The position numbers and the translations under genes were made by a program. Positions 1-7,908 of a stretch of 64,000 nucleotides of DNA are shown in pieces. Origin of the DNA: Vicinamibacterales bacterium (lineage in GTDB: Bacteria > Acidobacteriota > Vicinamibacteria > Vicinamibacterales > UBA2999); assembly GCA_035293405.1 (NCBI GenBank), contig DATDOE010000040.1:95672-159671 (forward strand). Direction: 5' to 3'. Position 1 is the first letter of the stretch; each line of letters begins with the position of its first letter. Below the pieces are notes generated by a model. That model searched no databases and was not told where the DNA came from. It saw only the letters and a program-made list of their open reading frames with translations.

Positions 1-104
1 TCCGCGAGCAGATGAACATCGTGGCCACGCGAGGCGAGGGCGCGGAGCGCGGGCTCGAAGTTGCGGAGAAACCCGAAGTTGTTGACGGAGAACAGCAGCC
101 GCAT
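1..104 (-). CDS. 5' end (about 34 codons) of another member of the GT-B-like paralog family; gene runs off the left edge
   Basis: Minus-strand ATG at 104-102 reads MRLLFSVNNFGFLRNFEPALRALASRGHDVHLLA. This aligns with the N-termini of the 42087-43586, 15455-17707 and 30966-33914 products (shared ..RGHxV.. motif). Confidence 0.45.
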   Translation of the reverse strand, partial: MRLLFSVNNFGFLRNFEPALRALASRGHDVHLLA

Positions 105-109
105 CTAGG

Positions 110-787
110 TCACGAGGCTTCCGCCGCGGGCGTCGGCGCGGCACTCGGCTGGAGCATCAGGATCTTCTCGTCGGGCACGCCCGACTGGCGCAGGAGTCGC
201 GCCGTTCCCGCCGGCCGCTCGAGCACCGCCACGATCAGCACGTCGTAGGTCACGTCGGCCTGCTCAGCGATCGGCCGAACCGGGAGGCCCAGGAAGCGAC
301 CGTCCCCGTCGGGCGTGAACACCGCCGTCAGCTCGAGGCCCATGTCCCTGACGAGGAGGAAGACGAGCTCGGCGGCATCGCCGGTGCCGTAGATCGCGAC
401 GCTCTTCTGCCGTGCGACGGCCACGCTGAGGCTGCGTCGCAAGTGCCGGCGCGCGTCGCGATAGAAGTCGAGCGAGTACTTCATGAACTCGTAGGTGAGA
501 CGGGCTTTTCGCGCCACACCCCGGGGCGTCAACGAGTAGACCAGCCGGTTTGGCGAGACGGTCACGCACTTGACGTAACCCTTTCGAATCAACCGTTTGA
601 GGTACAGGTTGGTCAGGCCGAGGGCCATCCCCAGGCGCGAGGCGAGCGTGCGCTGGGTAATGGTGGCCTCCTGCTCGAGGGCTTCGAGCAGCTGAAGGTC
701 GCGGCGGGATTCGACGTCCATGTAAGAGACCTTCGGCCTGTCAGTTACAGCCGAAATCGAGGGGGCGGCGGCGGCGCGTTCAATCAA
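110..787 (-). CDS. winged-helix transcriptional regulator with C-terminal Rossmann-like domain
   Basis: 225-aa ORF. wHTH-like segment ATITQRTLASRLGMALGLTNLYLKRLIRKGYV is followed by KSVAIYGTGDAAELVFLLV (nucleotide-binding-like). Alternative start at ATG 721 (MDVESRR). Confidence 0.6.
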   Translation of the reverse strand: MIERAAAAPSISAVTDRPKVSYMDVESRRDLQLLEALEQEATITQRTLASRLGMALGLTNLYLKRLIRKGYVKCVTVSPNRLVYSLTPRGVARKARLTYEFMKYSLDFYRDARRHLRRSLSVAVARQKSVAIYGTGDAAELVFLLVRDMGLELTAVFTPDGDGRFLGLPVRPIAEQADVTYDVLIVAVLERPAGTARLLRQSGVPDEKILMLQPSAAPTPAAEAS

Positions 788-825
788 TGAACGTCGTGTT
801 CACGAATTGAACGTCGAAAGTCTCA

Positions 826-3072
826 ATGATTTCGCTGGATCTGTCAACACCCTGGCCGCGGTTTGGCGACCGCCGCGGCCGACGCCTATACTCCCACTCG
901 TTGAGTCCTCCCTTCCTCTCGGTGGTCGTCCCGGCGTTCAATGAGGAAGGCCGCATCGCATCGTTTATTGAGCGAATGCGCCAGGAACTGGCCACCCTGG
1001 TTCCCTCCTGGGAGATCCTCGTCGCCGACGACGGCAGCCGCGACCGGACCCGCGAGGTCGTCGAGACGCTCGCCGCCTCGGACCCCAACATTCGCCTCCT
1101 CGCCCTGCCTCATCGGGGCAAAGGCGAAGCCGTGCGCCGCGGGCTGCTCGAGGCCCGGGGCACCTGGCGCTTCATGGCCGACGCCGACCTGGCCATGCCC
1201 CCCGACAACCTGCCGCGATTCCTCGAACATACAAAGGACGGCAGCCACACCGCGCTGGTGATTGGCTCGCGCGAGGCCCCTGGCGCCAGGCGGGTCGACG
1301 AGCCCTGGATTCGCCATGTCATCGGCCGCGCCTTCAACTGGGTCGTCAGGCTGCTGTTCGTGGTCCGCGGGATTTCGGATACGCAGTGCGGCTTCAAGCT
1401 GCTCAGCGCCGAGGCCGTCGCGGCGATCTGCCCGCGTCTGACGATCGACGGCTTCGCCTTCGACGTGGAGATGCTGGCGCTCGCGCGTCGCGCGCGCCTG
1501 CCGATACGCGAGATCGGCATCACCTGGCACGGCGATCAGGAGAGCCGCGTGGCCATCGGGCGCGGCGCGGCCGCCTTCGTCGACCTCCTCCGCATCCGGT
1601 GGCGGCTATGGCAAGGCGCCTACGCGGCTCAGGACCAACCGGCCGAACAGGCGATCGAACGGCTGGGCCGCTTCAGCGTCCGCACGTGGGCGTACATCCT
1701 CGCGCTCATCTTCGCGGCCGCCCTGGCCTACGACCTTCTCCGCATGCCCGTGCAGGTGTTCGACGCGCTCGAAGAGATGCTCGCCGCCCAACGAACACCG
1801 TCCGTCGTGGACACGTTCTGGTCGGCGGCCTACAACGCCGCCTACCTCCGTCCCCTCCGCCTCGTCCAGATCAAGCTGATCTTCGACGGGGCACAGGGCC
1901 ACTACTGGCTCGCGTTTCGGGGGTTCCACGCGCTGTTGATGGTGTGCTGCCTGGTCCTGTTCACGCGCGCACTTCGCGTTCGCACGATCGCCGATCTCTG
2001 CGCGGCCGCATTCGCCCTGACGGTCGTCACCGGGCTCCATACGTTCCGCAGCACCGTGCAGGAAGCGTTTCCCATCAATCACTTTCTCGAAATCGCCGTT
2101 CTGGCCCTGGTGATGCTCAACCTCTCGCAGGCACGCCCACGGCTCATCGTCGATCTCGCCAGCCTGGTCATGTTCGTCGTCGCGGCCTTGACGCTGGAGT
2201 CCGGGCTGCTGGTGTGGATCGTGGCCGTCACGGCGTGGCTCGTCGGCATGCGCGGAGTGTCCGCCCGCGGCATTGCCGCGATGACGCTTCTGCTGGCCGT
2301 CTACTTCTATCTGCGGTTCTTCACGCTGTCGGTGGGCGTCCCGGGCCTCGTCGAGCGCAGCTCGGGATTCGTCTTCCAGGTGCTCGAGCCGGCGGAGCTG
2401 AAGCAGCGGTTTGGCGACAGGCTCGCGGTGTTCTACGCCTACAACGTGGTCTCGTCCGCGCTGTCAGTTCTCGCGTCGGAGCCACAGAGCGGGCTCTTCG
2501 TCACCGTGCGGTCATGGCTGGACGGCCACGTTCCTCCGCGCCTGGTGCTGACGTTCGTCAGCTCGCTGATCACGACCGCTCTGATGGTCGTGGCGGGTAT
2601 CCGGTTGATCCGCGGCTATCGATCGTCGGACGCGAGCGACCGACTGCTGCTCGTGTTTGCCGCCGTCCTTGCGGCGAACGCCACGATGTCGTTCGCGTAC
2701 ACCAAGGACGACATCGTGAGCGTCGCGGGCGTCTTCTATGGGTTGGCCGCGTACGCCGCCGTCCGGCTCCTCATCACCGGTGTCTCACCGGCGAACCGGA
2801 TCATGGCCGCTGTCCTGACGACCGTGATCGTCGTGACAGGAAGCGCATGGGCCGTGCGCAGCCTCGGGATTCATCATGTGGCGCGCACGTCCGCGTTCAA
2901 GACGCGCAACGACTGGGCGAGCCAGCCCGGTCTCTGGAAGCGCGCCGGACGATGGCCGTCCGAGCCGGAGAGCCAGCAGCTGATCATCCACCTTCGAAAC
3001 GACGCGCTCTCGCTGCGCGTGCCGAATCCTCGGTTCGAGCCGCCGTGGATCGAACGGCTCTGGGGAGATTGA
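826..3072 (+). CDS. fusion of a GT2 polyprenyl-phosphate hexosyltransferase-like domain (DPG-synthase/ALG5-like) with a C-terminal polytopic membrane domain
   Basis: 748-aa ORF. N-terminus LSVVVPAFNEEGRI...ILVADDGSRDRT...FMADADL is typical GT2. The C-terminal ~480 aa are multi-TM and clearly paralogous to the 52416-53825 product (HYWLAFRGFHAL/RYHFVFRGYHAL; EAFPINHFL/EAFPVNHFL; both end in WGD/WWGED). Start could also be TTG 901. Confidence 0.8.
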   Translation: MISLDLSTPWPRFGDRRGRRLYSHSLSPPFLSVVVPAFNEEGRIASFIERMRQELATLVPSWEILVADDGSRDRTREVVETLAASDPNIRLLALPHRGKGEAVRRGLLEARGTWRFMADADLAMPPDNLPRFLEHTKDGSHTALVIGSREAPGARRVDEPWIRHVIGRAFNWVVRLLFVVRGISDTQCGFKLLSAEAVAAICPRLTIDGFAFDVEMLALARRARLPIREIGITWHGDQESRVAIGRGAAAFVDLLRIRWRLWQGAYAAQDQPAEQAIERLGRFSVRTWAYILALIFAAALAYDLLRMPVQVFDALEEMLAAQRTPSVVDTFWSAAYNAAYLRPLRLVQIKLIFDGAQGHYWLAFRGFHALLMVCCLVLFTRALRVRTIADLCAAAFALTVVTGLHTFRSTVQEAFPINHFLEIAVLALVMLNLSQARPRLIVDLASLVMFVVAALTLESGLLVWIVAVTAWLVGMRGVSARGIAAMTLLLAVYFYLRFFTLSVGVPGLVERSSGFVFQVLEPAELKQRFGDRLAVFYAYNVVSSALSVLASEPQSGLFVTVRSWLDGHVPPRLVLTFVSSLITTALMVVAGIRLIRGYRSSDASDRLLLVFAAVLAANATMSFAYTKDDIVSVAGVFYGLAAYAAVRLLITGVSPANRIMAAVLTTVIVVTGSAWAVRSLGIHHVARTSAFKTRNDWASQPGLWKRAGRWPSEPESQQLIIHLRNDALSLRVPNPRFEPPWIERLWGD

Positions 3073-3073
3073 G

Positions 3074-3403
3074 GTGAGCCGACGGATGCTTCTCGTCGCC
3101 ACCGTGCCGGTCGCGGTGCTGGCCGCGGCTCGCGTGGTGTTTCTGATCCTGGCGATCTGGGACCTCCATCCCTTCTGGATGTGGGAGCCGCTGAACCTGT
3201 CGGAAGCGGCCGCACTCCGCGATCGCGGCGAGGTCGCGCGTCTGCTCGCCGAAGGACAGGATCCGAACGCGAAGTACCGGGTCCGCCGCGGCTTCGTCCG
3301 CGACTACGCGATGCAGTTGACGCCGACCGAAGCCGCGCGTGCCACCCGGCGGGATGAGATCGTCGAGATTCTCGTCGACGCGGGTGCCCGGCCGGACCCG
3401 TAG
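3074..3403 (+). CDS. small N-terminally membrane-anchored ankyrin-repeat-like protein
   Basis: 109 aa with GTG start 1 nt after the upstream TGA. N-terminal TM LLVATVPVAVLAAARVVFLILAIW. ANK-like LTPTEAARATRRDEIVEILVDAGARPD. Paralog of the 53827-54288 product. Confidence 0.6.
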   Translation: MSRRMLLVATVPVAVLAAARVVFLILAIWDLHPFWMWEPLNLSEAAALRDRGEVARLLAEGQDPNAKYRVRRGFVRDYAMQLTPTEAARATRRDEIVEILVDAGARPDP

Positions 3404-3420
3404 TGCGTCAGGCGCTCTCA

Positions 3421-3529
3421 CAACTCCCAACTCCCAATCCGATTCCCGAACCAACTCCCAAGCTGGAAGATGGGGGGGAGCGTTTGGGTGTTGGCTCGGA
3501 GATCGGGTTGGGAGTTAGGAGTTGGGAGG
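3421..3529. repeat. heptamer-based palindromic element (CTCCCAA units forward, TTGGGAG units reverse)
   Basis: Read directly: caactcccaactcccaatccgattcccgaaccaactcccaa ... ttgggtgttggctcggagatcgggttgggagttaggagttgggagg. The arms are imperfect reverse complements. A second copy lies at 55179-55302. Confidence 0.75.
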
Positions 3530-3583
3530 TCTGTGGTTAGCGGGTACTCTGCGCGGCGCAGTCGCTCGAGCCGTCTCGACACC

Positions 3584-3788
3584 CGACACACGGGCCGTGG
3601 GAAACGGGCTGCTCTGCGAACCGCTCGACGGCGCGGGAAAACAGTTCTCCGGGATGCGGGGATGCGACCCGGCCAGGTCCGTGACCTGGCCGGCCGGCTC
3701 CCCTTCGAAATGTTTTCCCATCTGGCGCGTGCGACGCGCCGCTCGCATGGTTCGCTGCCGCAGCCCATTTCCCGCGGCCCGTGTGTCG
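3584..3788. repeat. long inverted-repeat element (MITE-like or structured RNA), 29-bp termini matching 27/29
   Basis: Left arm cgacacacgggccgtgggaaacgggctgc (3584-3612). Reverse complement of 3760-3788 is cgacacacgggccgcgggaaatgggctgc. There is a central perfect palindrome ccggccaggtc-cgt-gacctggccgg near 3669-3693. Confidence 0.65.
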
Positions 3789-3814
3789 ATGGCGCAACCG
3801 GCCGGCGACCTGGT

Positions 3815-4080
3815 GCGGCGCCGCAGGGGGCGTACCGGGCCGGGACCTGCGTGCGCAAGGCCGACGCGGGGATCCTGGAAATCGTTCGCCGCGATTCATC
3901 CCTCGACTTCCGTCCATGCGTTCGAGTTGTGCGAGACCGCTCGGACAATTCGAGCCGGAGGCACATGTCGCGTCGAGGCCGCTCGTAGTCGAGGGGGGGA
4001 TCGGCAGGTCACGAGCAAGGACGATTTCCCGGCCGCGGCGCCCGCAGGTCCGGGCCCGGTACGCCCCCTGCGGCGCTGCC
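3815..4080. repeat. second long inverted-repeat element (MITE-like or structured RNA), 31-bp termini matching 30/31
   Basis: Left arm ccgcagggggcgtaccgggccgggacctgcg (3821-3851). Reverse complement of 4043-4073 is ccgcagggggcgtaccgggcccggacctgcg. Interior is partly self-complementary (ggaaatcgttc / ggacgatttcc). Confidence 0.65.
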
Positions 4081-4192
4081 CCCTCATCGCCAGTCAACGC
4101 GATGGCGTCTGCTCGCCAGAGTGACGCACTTCCAACGACGGGCCACCGTCAGCAGACCCGTTAACCTGATACGTTGGGAGTTGATCGCGCGT

Positions 4193-5026
4193 CTAGCGTC
4201 GGCGTGCGAGCCGGCGCTCACGCCACGCGGCGACGGAAGGTGCCGGCGCCACGTCATAGCCCAACAGCCGGGCCAGTGCGGGATCCCCCGCGTGCTTCCC
4301 CTGCAGCGCATCCGGCAGCGAGATCTGCTGCGCGATGATCGGCACCGAGAACACATGATTGACGGCGCGCCGCGGACGATCCGAGCGATTCTCGCCGGCC
4401 CGATGAAAGATCATCGAATCGAACACGATGAACGACCCGGGCTCGGCGGTCACGACGGTGTCCAGATCGGCCGCCACCGCGGCGCTCGGGAATGCTTCCA
4501 TGCGATGTGACGCGGGAATCAGCGTGGTGGCGCCGGTCTCGGCCCGGAACGGATCGATGCAGAACAACGCGCTGATCGCCAGCGGCCGGCTCGACACGAA
4601 GTGCTGATACGGAAGATCGCGGTGATAGGCCAGCTGCGTATGCCGCTGACCGGCGGGATTGATCACGCCGTTCTGCTGCATCAGGATGATGTAGTCCCCG
4701 AGCAGCTCGCGGCACAGGGCGAGTACCGCCGCATGCGCCGCCAGCGTCACGAACGCATCGTCATAGAGAAGCGGGCACCGGGCCGTCAGCGTGTCGCCGA
4801 TCGCGGCCAGGCGATCGGCGCCGCCAAACTCCTCGACCTGGCGTTCCATCACGCGGTCGAGGCGCGCTCCCAGGTCGGCGATCTCGGCGGTCGAGAATCC
4901 ACCGTGCACGACGGCGTAGCCGGAAAGGCGGATGCGCTCGGCGGCCAGCGCGATGGCGTTATCCGCGCCCCCGCGCTCGACGATCCCGTATCCCGGTGCG
5001 GTGCCGCCCTCAGACGCGCTCGTCAT
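4193..5026 (-). CDS. phytanoyl-CoA dioxygenase (PhyH) family Fe(II)/2-oxoglutarate oxygenase
   Basis: Motifs AYHRDLPYQHF...ATTLIPASHR...FHRAGENRSDRPRRAVNHVFS. Start chosen at ATG 5026 (MTSASEGG), overlapping the upstream stop by 17 nt. The track ORF extends to 5194. Confidence 0.8.
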   Translation of the reverse strand: MTSASEGGTAPGYGIVERGGADNAIALAAERIRLSGYAVVHGGFSTAEIADLGARLDRVMERQVEEFGGADRLAAIGDTLTARCPLLYDDAFVTLAAHAAVLALCRELLGDYIILMQQNGVINPAGQRHTQLAYHRDLPYQHFVSSRPLAISALFCIDPFRAETGATTLIPASHRMEAFPSAAVAADLDTVVTAEPGSFIVFDSMIFHRAGENRSDRPRRAVNHVFSVPIIAQQISLPDALQGKHAGDPALARLLGYDVAPAPSVAAWRERRLARRR

Positions 5027-6185
5027 CGACGAAATCGTACCATGTAACCACGTGCCGGAACCGCGCGCCGAGCCGCTCCGCCACGCGCGGCTGATCGCTC
5101 GGACGCAGGCCGAGCAGGATCGTTTCGTCGGCGCGGACAGAGTCGAGCGGGATGATCGGCAGATCTCCGAACACGCCCATGGCCTCGCCATCAACGGTGC
5201 AGGCTCTCACTGTGCTCCACGCACGCGGCGCGTACGCCCGCAGAAGACCGGCGGCTTCGCCGGCGCCGAAACACACGGTCGTCGTACCCAGACGGGACTG
5301 CAGATGCGCATCGAGCCGCCGCCAGCGATCGAGGTACGCGCGACGGCCGTCGGGCAGCACGCTGGTAAATGGGGCCGATCCGCCGGGAAGGTTGGCACCA
5401 ACGGGGGCACCGGCTTCTGGTCGTGCCTCGCGATCGGCGACGACCATCTGAAACGCACCCAGTGCCGGCGGCGCGATCGCCGTGGACACGACCGGCATAC
5501 CTGCACGCGCGAGCAGCGCTTCCAGATGCGGGCGCGCGAACGAGAACAGATGATCCGCGAACAGCAGCTCGACGCCAGGCCGCCCACCATCCGGGCACAC
5601 CAGGACCAGGCGACCGCCCGGCGACAGCGCGTGCCGCAGCGCGAGCACGAAGGCCAACGGATCCGCAGTGTGCTCGATCACGTTGACCGACATGACGAGG
5701 TCCGCGGCATCGTGAGGCAGGTCGTCCGCGGTCCCGCACCAGAGCTGCAGTCCGTCGCCGGCACCATGGGTGATGCTCTCCGCTGATGGATCGCACCCGA
5801 GCAGCGCCGTGCGCGGCCAATGCGGGCGCAGCGCGCGCAGCAACGATCCGTTGCCGCAGCCGACGTCGAGCGCCCGTGCTGGAACCTGCGGCACGACATC
5901 GGCAATCCAGCGCGCGTACTCCTCTTGTCGCGCGCCCTCTCGAGCCTCACCGGGCGCGTGCGCGTAGAGACCGTAGCCGGATGCGTACAGCGACTCGCCA
6001 GTTACCGATGACGGATGACGCCGCGCGAGGCCGCACTCGTCGCACGCCCACCGCGAGAGCGGCTCGGGAACGACCCGCCAGTCGCTGGCCATCGACTGCG
6101 GGCCGGGGTCCGGCAGCTTCGTCCAGCGCGTTCCTTCGCACACGATGCACGGCGGCACAATCGGCGGCGCGATCGTTGGCGTCAC
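5010..6185 (-). CDS. class I SAM-dependent methyltransferase with N-terminal Cys4 zinc-ribbon
   Basis: 391 aa. CIVCEG...CDECG zinc ribbon. SAM motif ALDVGCGNGSLL and post-I/II motifs (VMSVNVIEHTADP...LSPGGRLVL). Confidence 0.75.
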   Translation of the reverse strand: MTPTIAPPIVPPCIVCEGTRWTKLPDPGPQSMASDWRVVPEPLSRWACDECGLARRHPSSVTGESLYASGYGLYAHAPGEAREGARQEEYARWIADVVPQVPARALDVGCGNGSLLRALRPHWPRTALLGCDPSAESITHGAGDGLQLWCGTADDLPHDAADLVMSVNVIEHTADPLAFVLALRHALSPGGRLVLVCPDGGRPGVELLFADHLFSFARPHLEALLARAGMPVVSTAIAPPALGAFQMVVADREARPEAGAPVGANLPGGSAPFTSVLPDGRRAYLDRWRRLDAHLQSRLGTTTVCFGAGEAAGLLRAYAPRAWSTVRACTVDGEAMGVFGDLPIIPLDSVRADETILLGLRPSDQPRVAERLGARFRHVVTWYDFVDDERV

Positions 6186-6238
6186 GCCGCGACCCGTCGT
6201 CGAGAAACTGCGTGATAAACTCGCCCGCTGGCGGTGGA

Positions 6239-6955
6239 ATGTCCCACAAGCGCGTCGCGATCGTGCAATCGAGCTACATCCCCTGGAAGGGCTATTTCGA
6301 TCTGATCAGGGCCGCCGACGAGTTCATCCTGCTCGACGACGTACAGTTCACCAAGCGAGACTGGCGCAGCCGCAACCGTATCAAGACGAAGGACGGGCTG
6401 CACTGGCTGACGATCCCGGTCCACACCAAGGGGCGATACGAGCAGCGGATCATGGACACCACGATCTCCGAGTCGTCCTGGGGCGAGCGTCACTGGCAGA
6501 CGATCCAGAGCGCCTATGCCCGTACGGCCTTCTTCGACGCGTACGCGCCATCGGTGCGTGCGTTATACGAGAAGCCGGTGTCGGAGAAGTTGAGCGAGGT
6601 CAATCGCTCCTTGATTGACGTCATCTGTCGCGCGCTCGGAATCGCCACACCCATCAGATGGTCGTCAGAATATCATCCGTCCGAGGGACGGAACGAGCGC
6701 CTGATCGACCTGTGCCTGAAAGCCGGCGCGACCGACTACCTGTCGGGACCGAGCGCGCGCGGGTACATGGACGAAGCGGCGTTCGCCCGCGCGGGTGTCA
6801 CGGTGCAGTTCGTCGACTACTCCGGCTACTCCGAATATCCGCAGCCCTACCCGCCGTTCGAGCACGCGGTGTCGGCGCTGGACCTGCTGTTCTGCACGGG
6901 CCCGCGCGCGATCGACTATCTGAAAGACCTGTGCCCGGCACGCGTCGCGTCATGA
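6239..6955 (+). CDS. WbqC-like family protein
   Basis: MSHKRVAIVQSSYIPWKGYFDLIRAADEFILLDDVQFTKRDWRSRNRIKT is the characteristic WbqC N-terminus. Start ATG 6239 lies within the longer track ORF 5786-6955. Confidence 0.8.
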   Translation: MSHKRVAIVQSSYIPWKGYFDLIRAADEFILLDDVQFTKRDWRSRNRIKTKDGLHWLTIPVHTKGRYEQRIMDTTISESSWGERHWQTIQSAYARTAFFDAYAPSVRALYEKPVSEKLSEVNRSLIDVICRALGIATPIRWSSEYHPSEGRNERLIDLCLKAGATDYLSGPSARGYMDEAAFARAGVTVQFVDYSGYSEYPQPYPPFEHAVSALDLLFCTGPRAIDYLKDLCPARVAS

Positions 6956-7908
6956 GCAGCGAGGCGCCGGTGGCGCTGTCGATCGTCTCGTCCATGTATC
7001 GGTCGGCCGCGTTCTTGAACGAGTTCCATGCCCGGTGCACGGCCGCCGCCACGCGTCTGGCGGCGTCATCGTACGAGATCATCCTCGTGAACGACGGCTC
7101 GCCAGACGACTCGCTGACGGTGGCCATCGCCCTGCACGCGCGCGACCCACACGTGCGGGTCATCGATCTGTCACGGAACTTCGGGCACCACAAGGCGCTG
7201 ATGACGGGGCTCGCGCATGCGCGGGGCGACCTGGTGTTTCTGATCGATTGCGACCTCGAGGAGGATCCGGGCTGGCTGTCGTCGTTCCACGAGACGCTCA
7301 CCGGGAACGCCGTTGATGTGGTGTACGGCGTCCAGGGCGAACGTAAGGGCCGGCGGGTCGAGCGGATCGCCGGCTGGATCTTCTTCAGCCTCTTCAATCG
7401 GATGCTGACCCACCCGATTCCGGTGAACGTCCTGACCGCCCGCGTGATGACGAGGCGCTATGTGAAGGCGCTGGTGAGTCACCAGGAACGCGAGCTGTGC
7501 CTGGCCGGCCTGTGGGCGATTACCGGGTTCGAGCAGCGGGCGATCCCGGTGAACAAGGGCAGCCGTCCGGATTCGTCCTACACCACCCGCAAGCGCCTGT
7601 CCGTCTTCGCCAACGCCATCACCTCGTTCAGCAACCGGCCGCTGATCTACATCTTCCAGATCGGCATGGCGGTGATGGCGCTGTCCGTGGTGGCGGCAGT
7701 GATTCTGCTCTACATGAGACTCAACGGCCAGATCGGTGTGCCGGGGTGGGCGTCGATCATGGTCTCGATCTGGTTTCTCGGCGGACTGATCATCTTCTGC
7801 CTCGGCGTGATCGGGATGTATCTGGCCAAGATCTTCACCGAGATCAAGCAGCGGCCGTACACGATTGTCCGCGCCGAGTACGGCCCGGATCGGGACCTGC
7901 CCCAGTGA
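6952..7908 (+). CDS. GT2 polyprenyl-phosphate glycosyltransferase (ArnC/GtrB-like) with two C-terminal TM helices
   Basis: LSIVSSMYRSAAFL...ILVNDGSPDDS...DCDLEEDP. C-terminal TMs PLIYIFQIGMAVMALSVVAAVILL and IMVSIWFLGGLIIFCLGVIGMYL. ATGA overlap with the upstream gene. Confidence 0.85.
   Translation: MSSEAPVALSIVSSMYRSAAFLNEFHARCTAAATRLAASSYEIILVNDGSPDDSLTVAIALHARDPHVRVIDLSRNFGHHKALMTGLAHARGDLVFLIDCDLEEDPGWLSSFHETLTGNAVDVVYGVQGERKGRRVERIAGWIFFSLFNRMLTHPIPVNVLTARVMTRRYVKALVSHQERELCLAGLWAITGFEQRAIPVNKGSRPDSSYTTRKRLSVFANAITSFSNRPLIYIFQIGMAVMALSVVAAVILLYMRLNGQIGVPGWASIMVSIWFLGGLIIFCLGVIGMYLAKIFTEIKQRPYTIVRAEYGPDRDLPQ

Noticed and set aside
12-248. 78-aa plus-strand ORF at the left edge
   Set aside because: It is antisense to the regulator gene and to the 5' end of the edge-truncated GT-B-like gene, and it has no motif.
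3418-4164. Cluster of overlapping 60-200-aa ORFs on both strands in the 3404-4192 gap
   Set aside because: They mirror each other because of the inverted repeats (the same peptides appear on both strands). They are Arg/Pro-rich, have no RBS, and are better explained as repeat or hairpin DNA.
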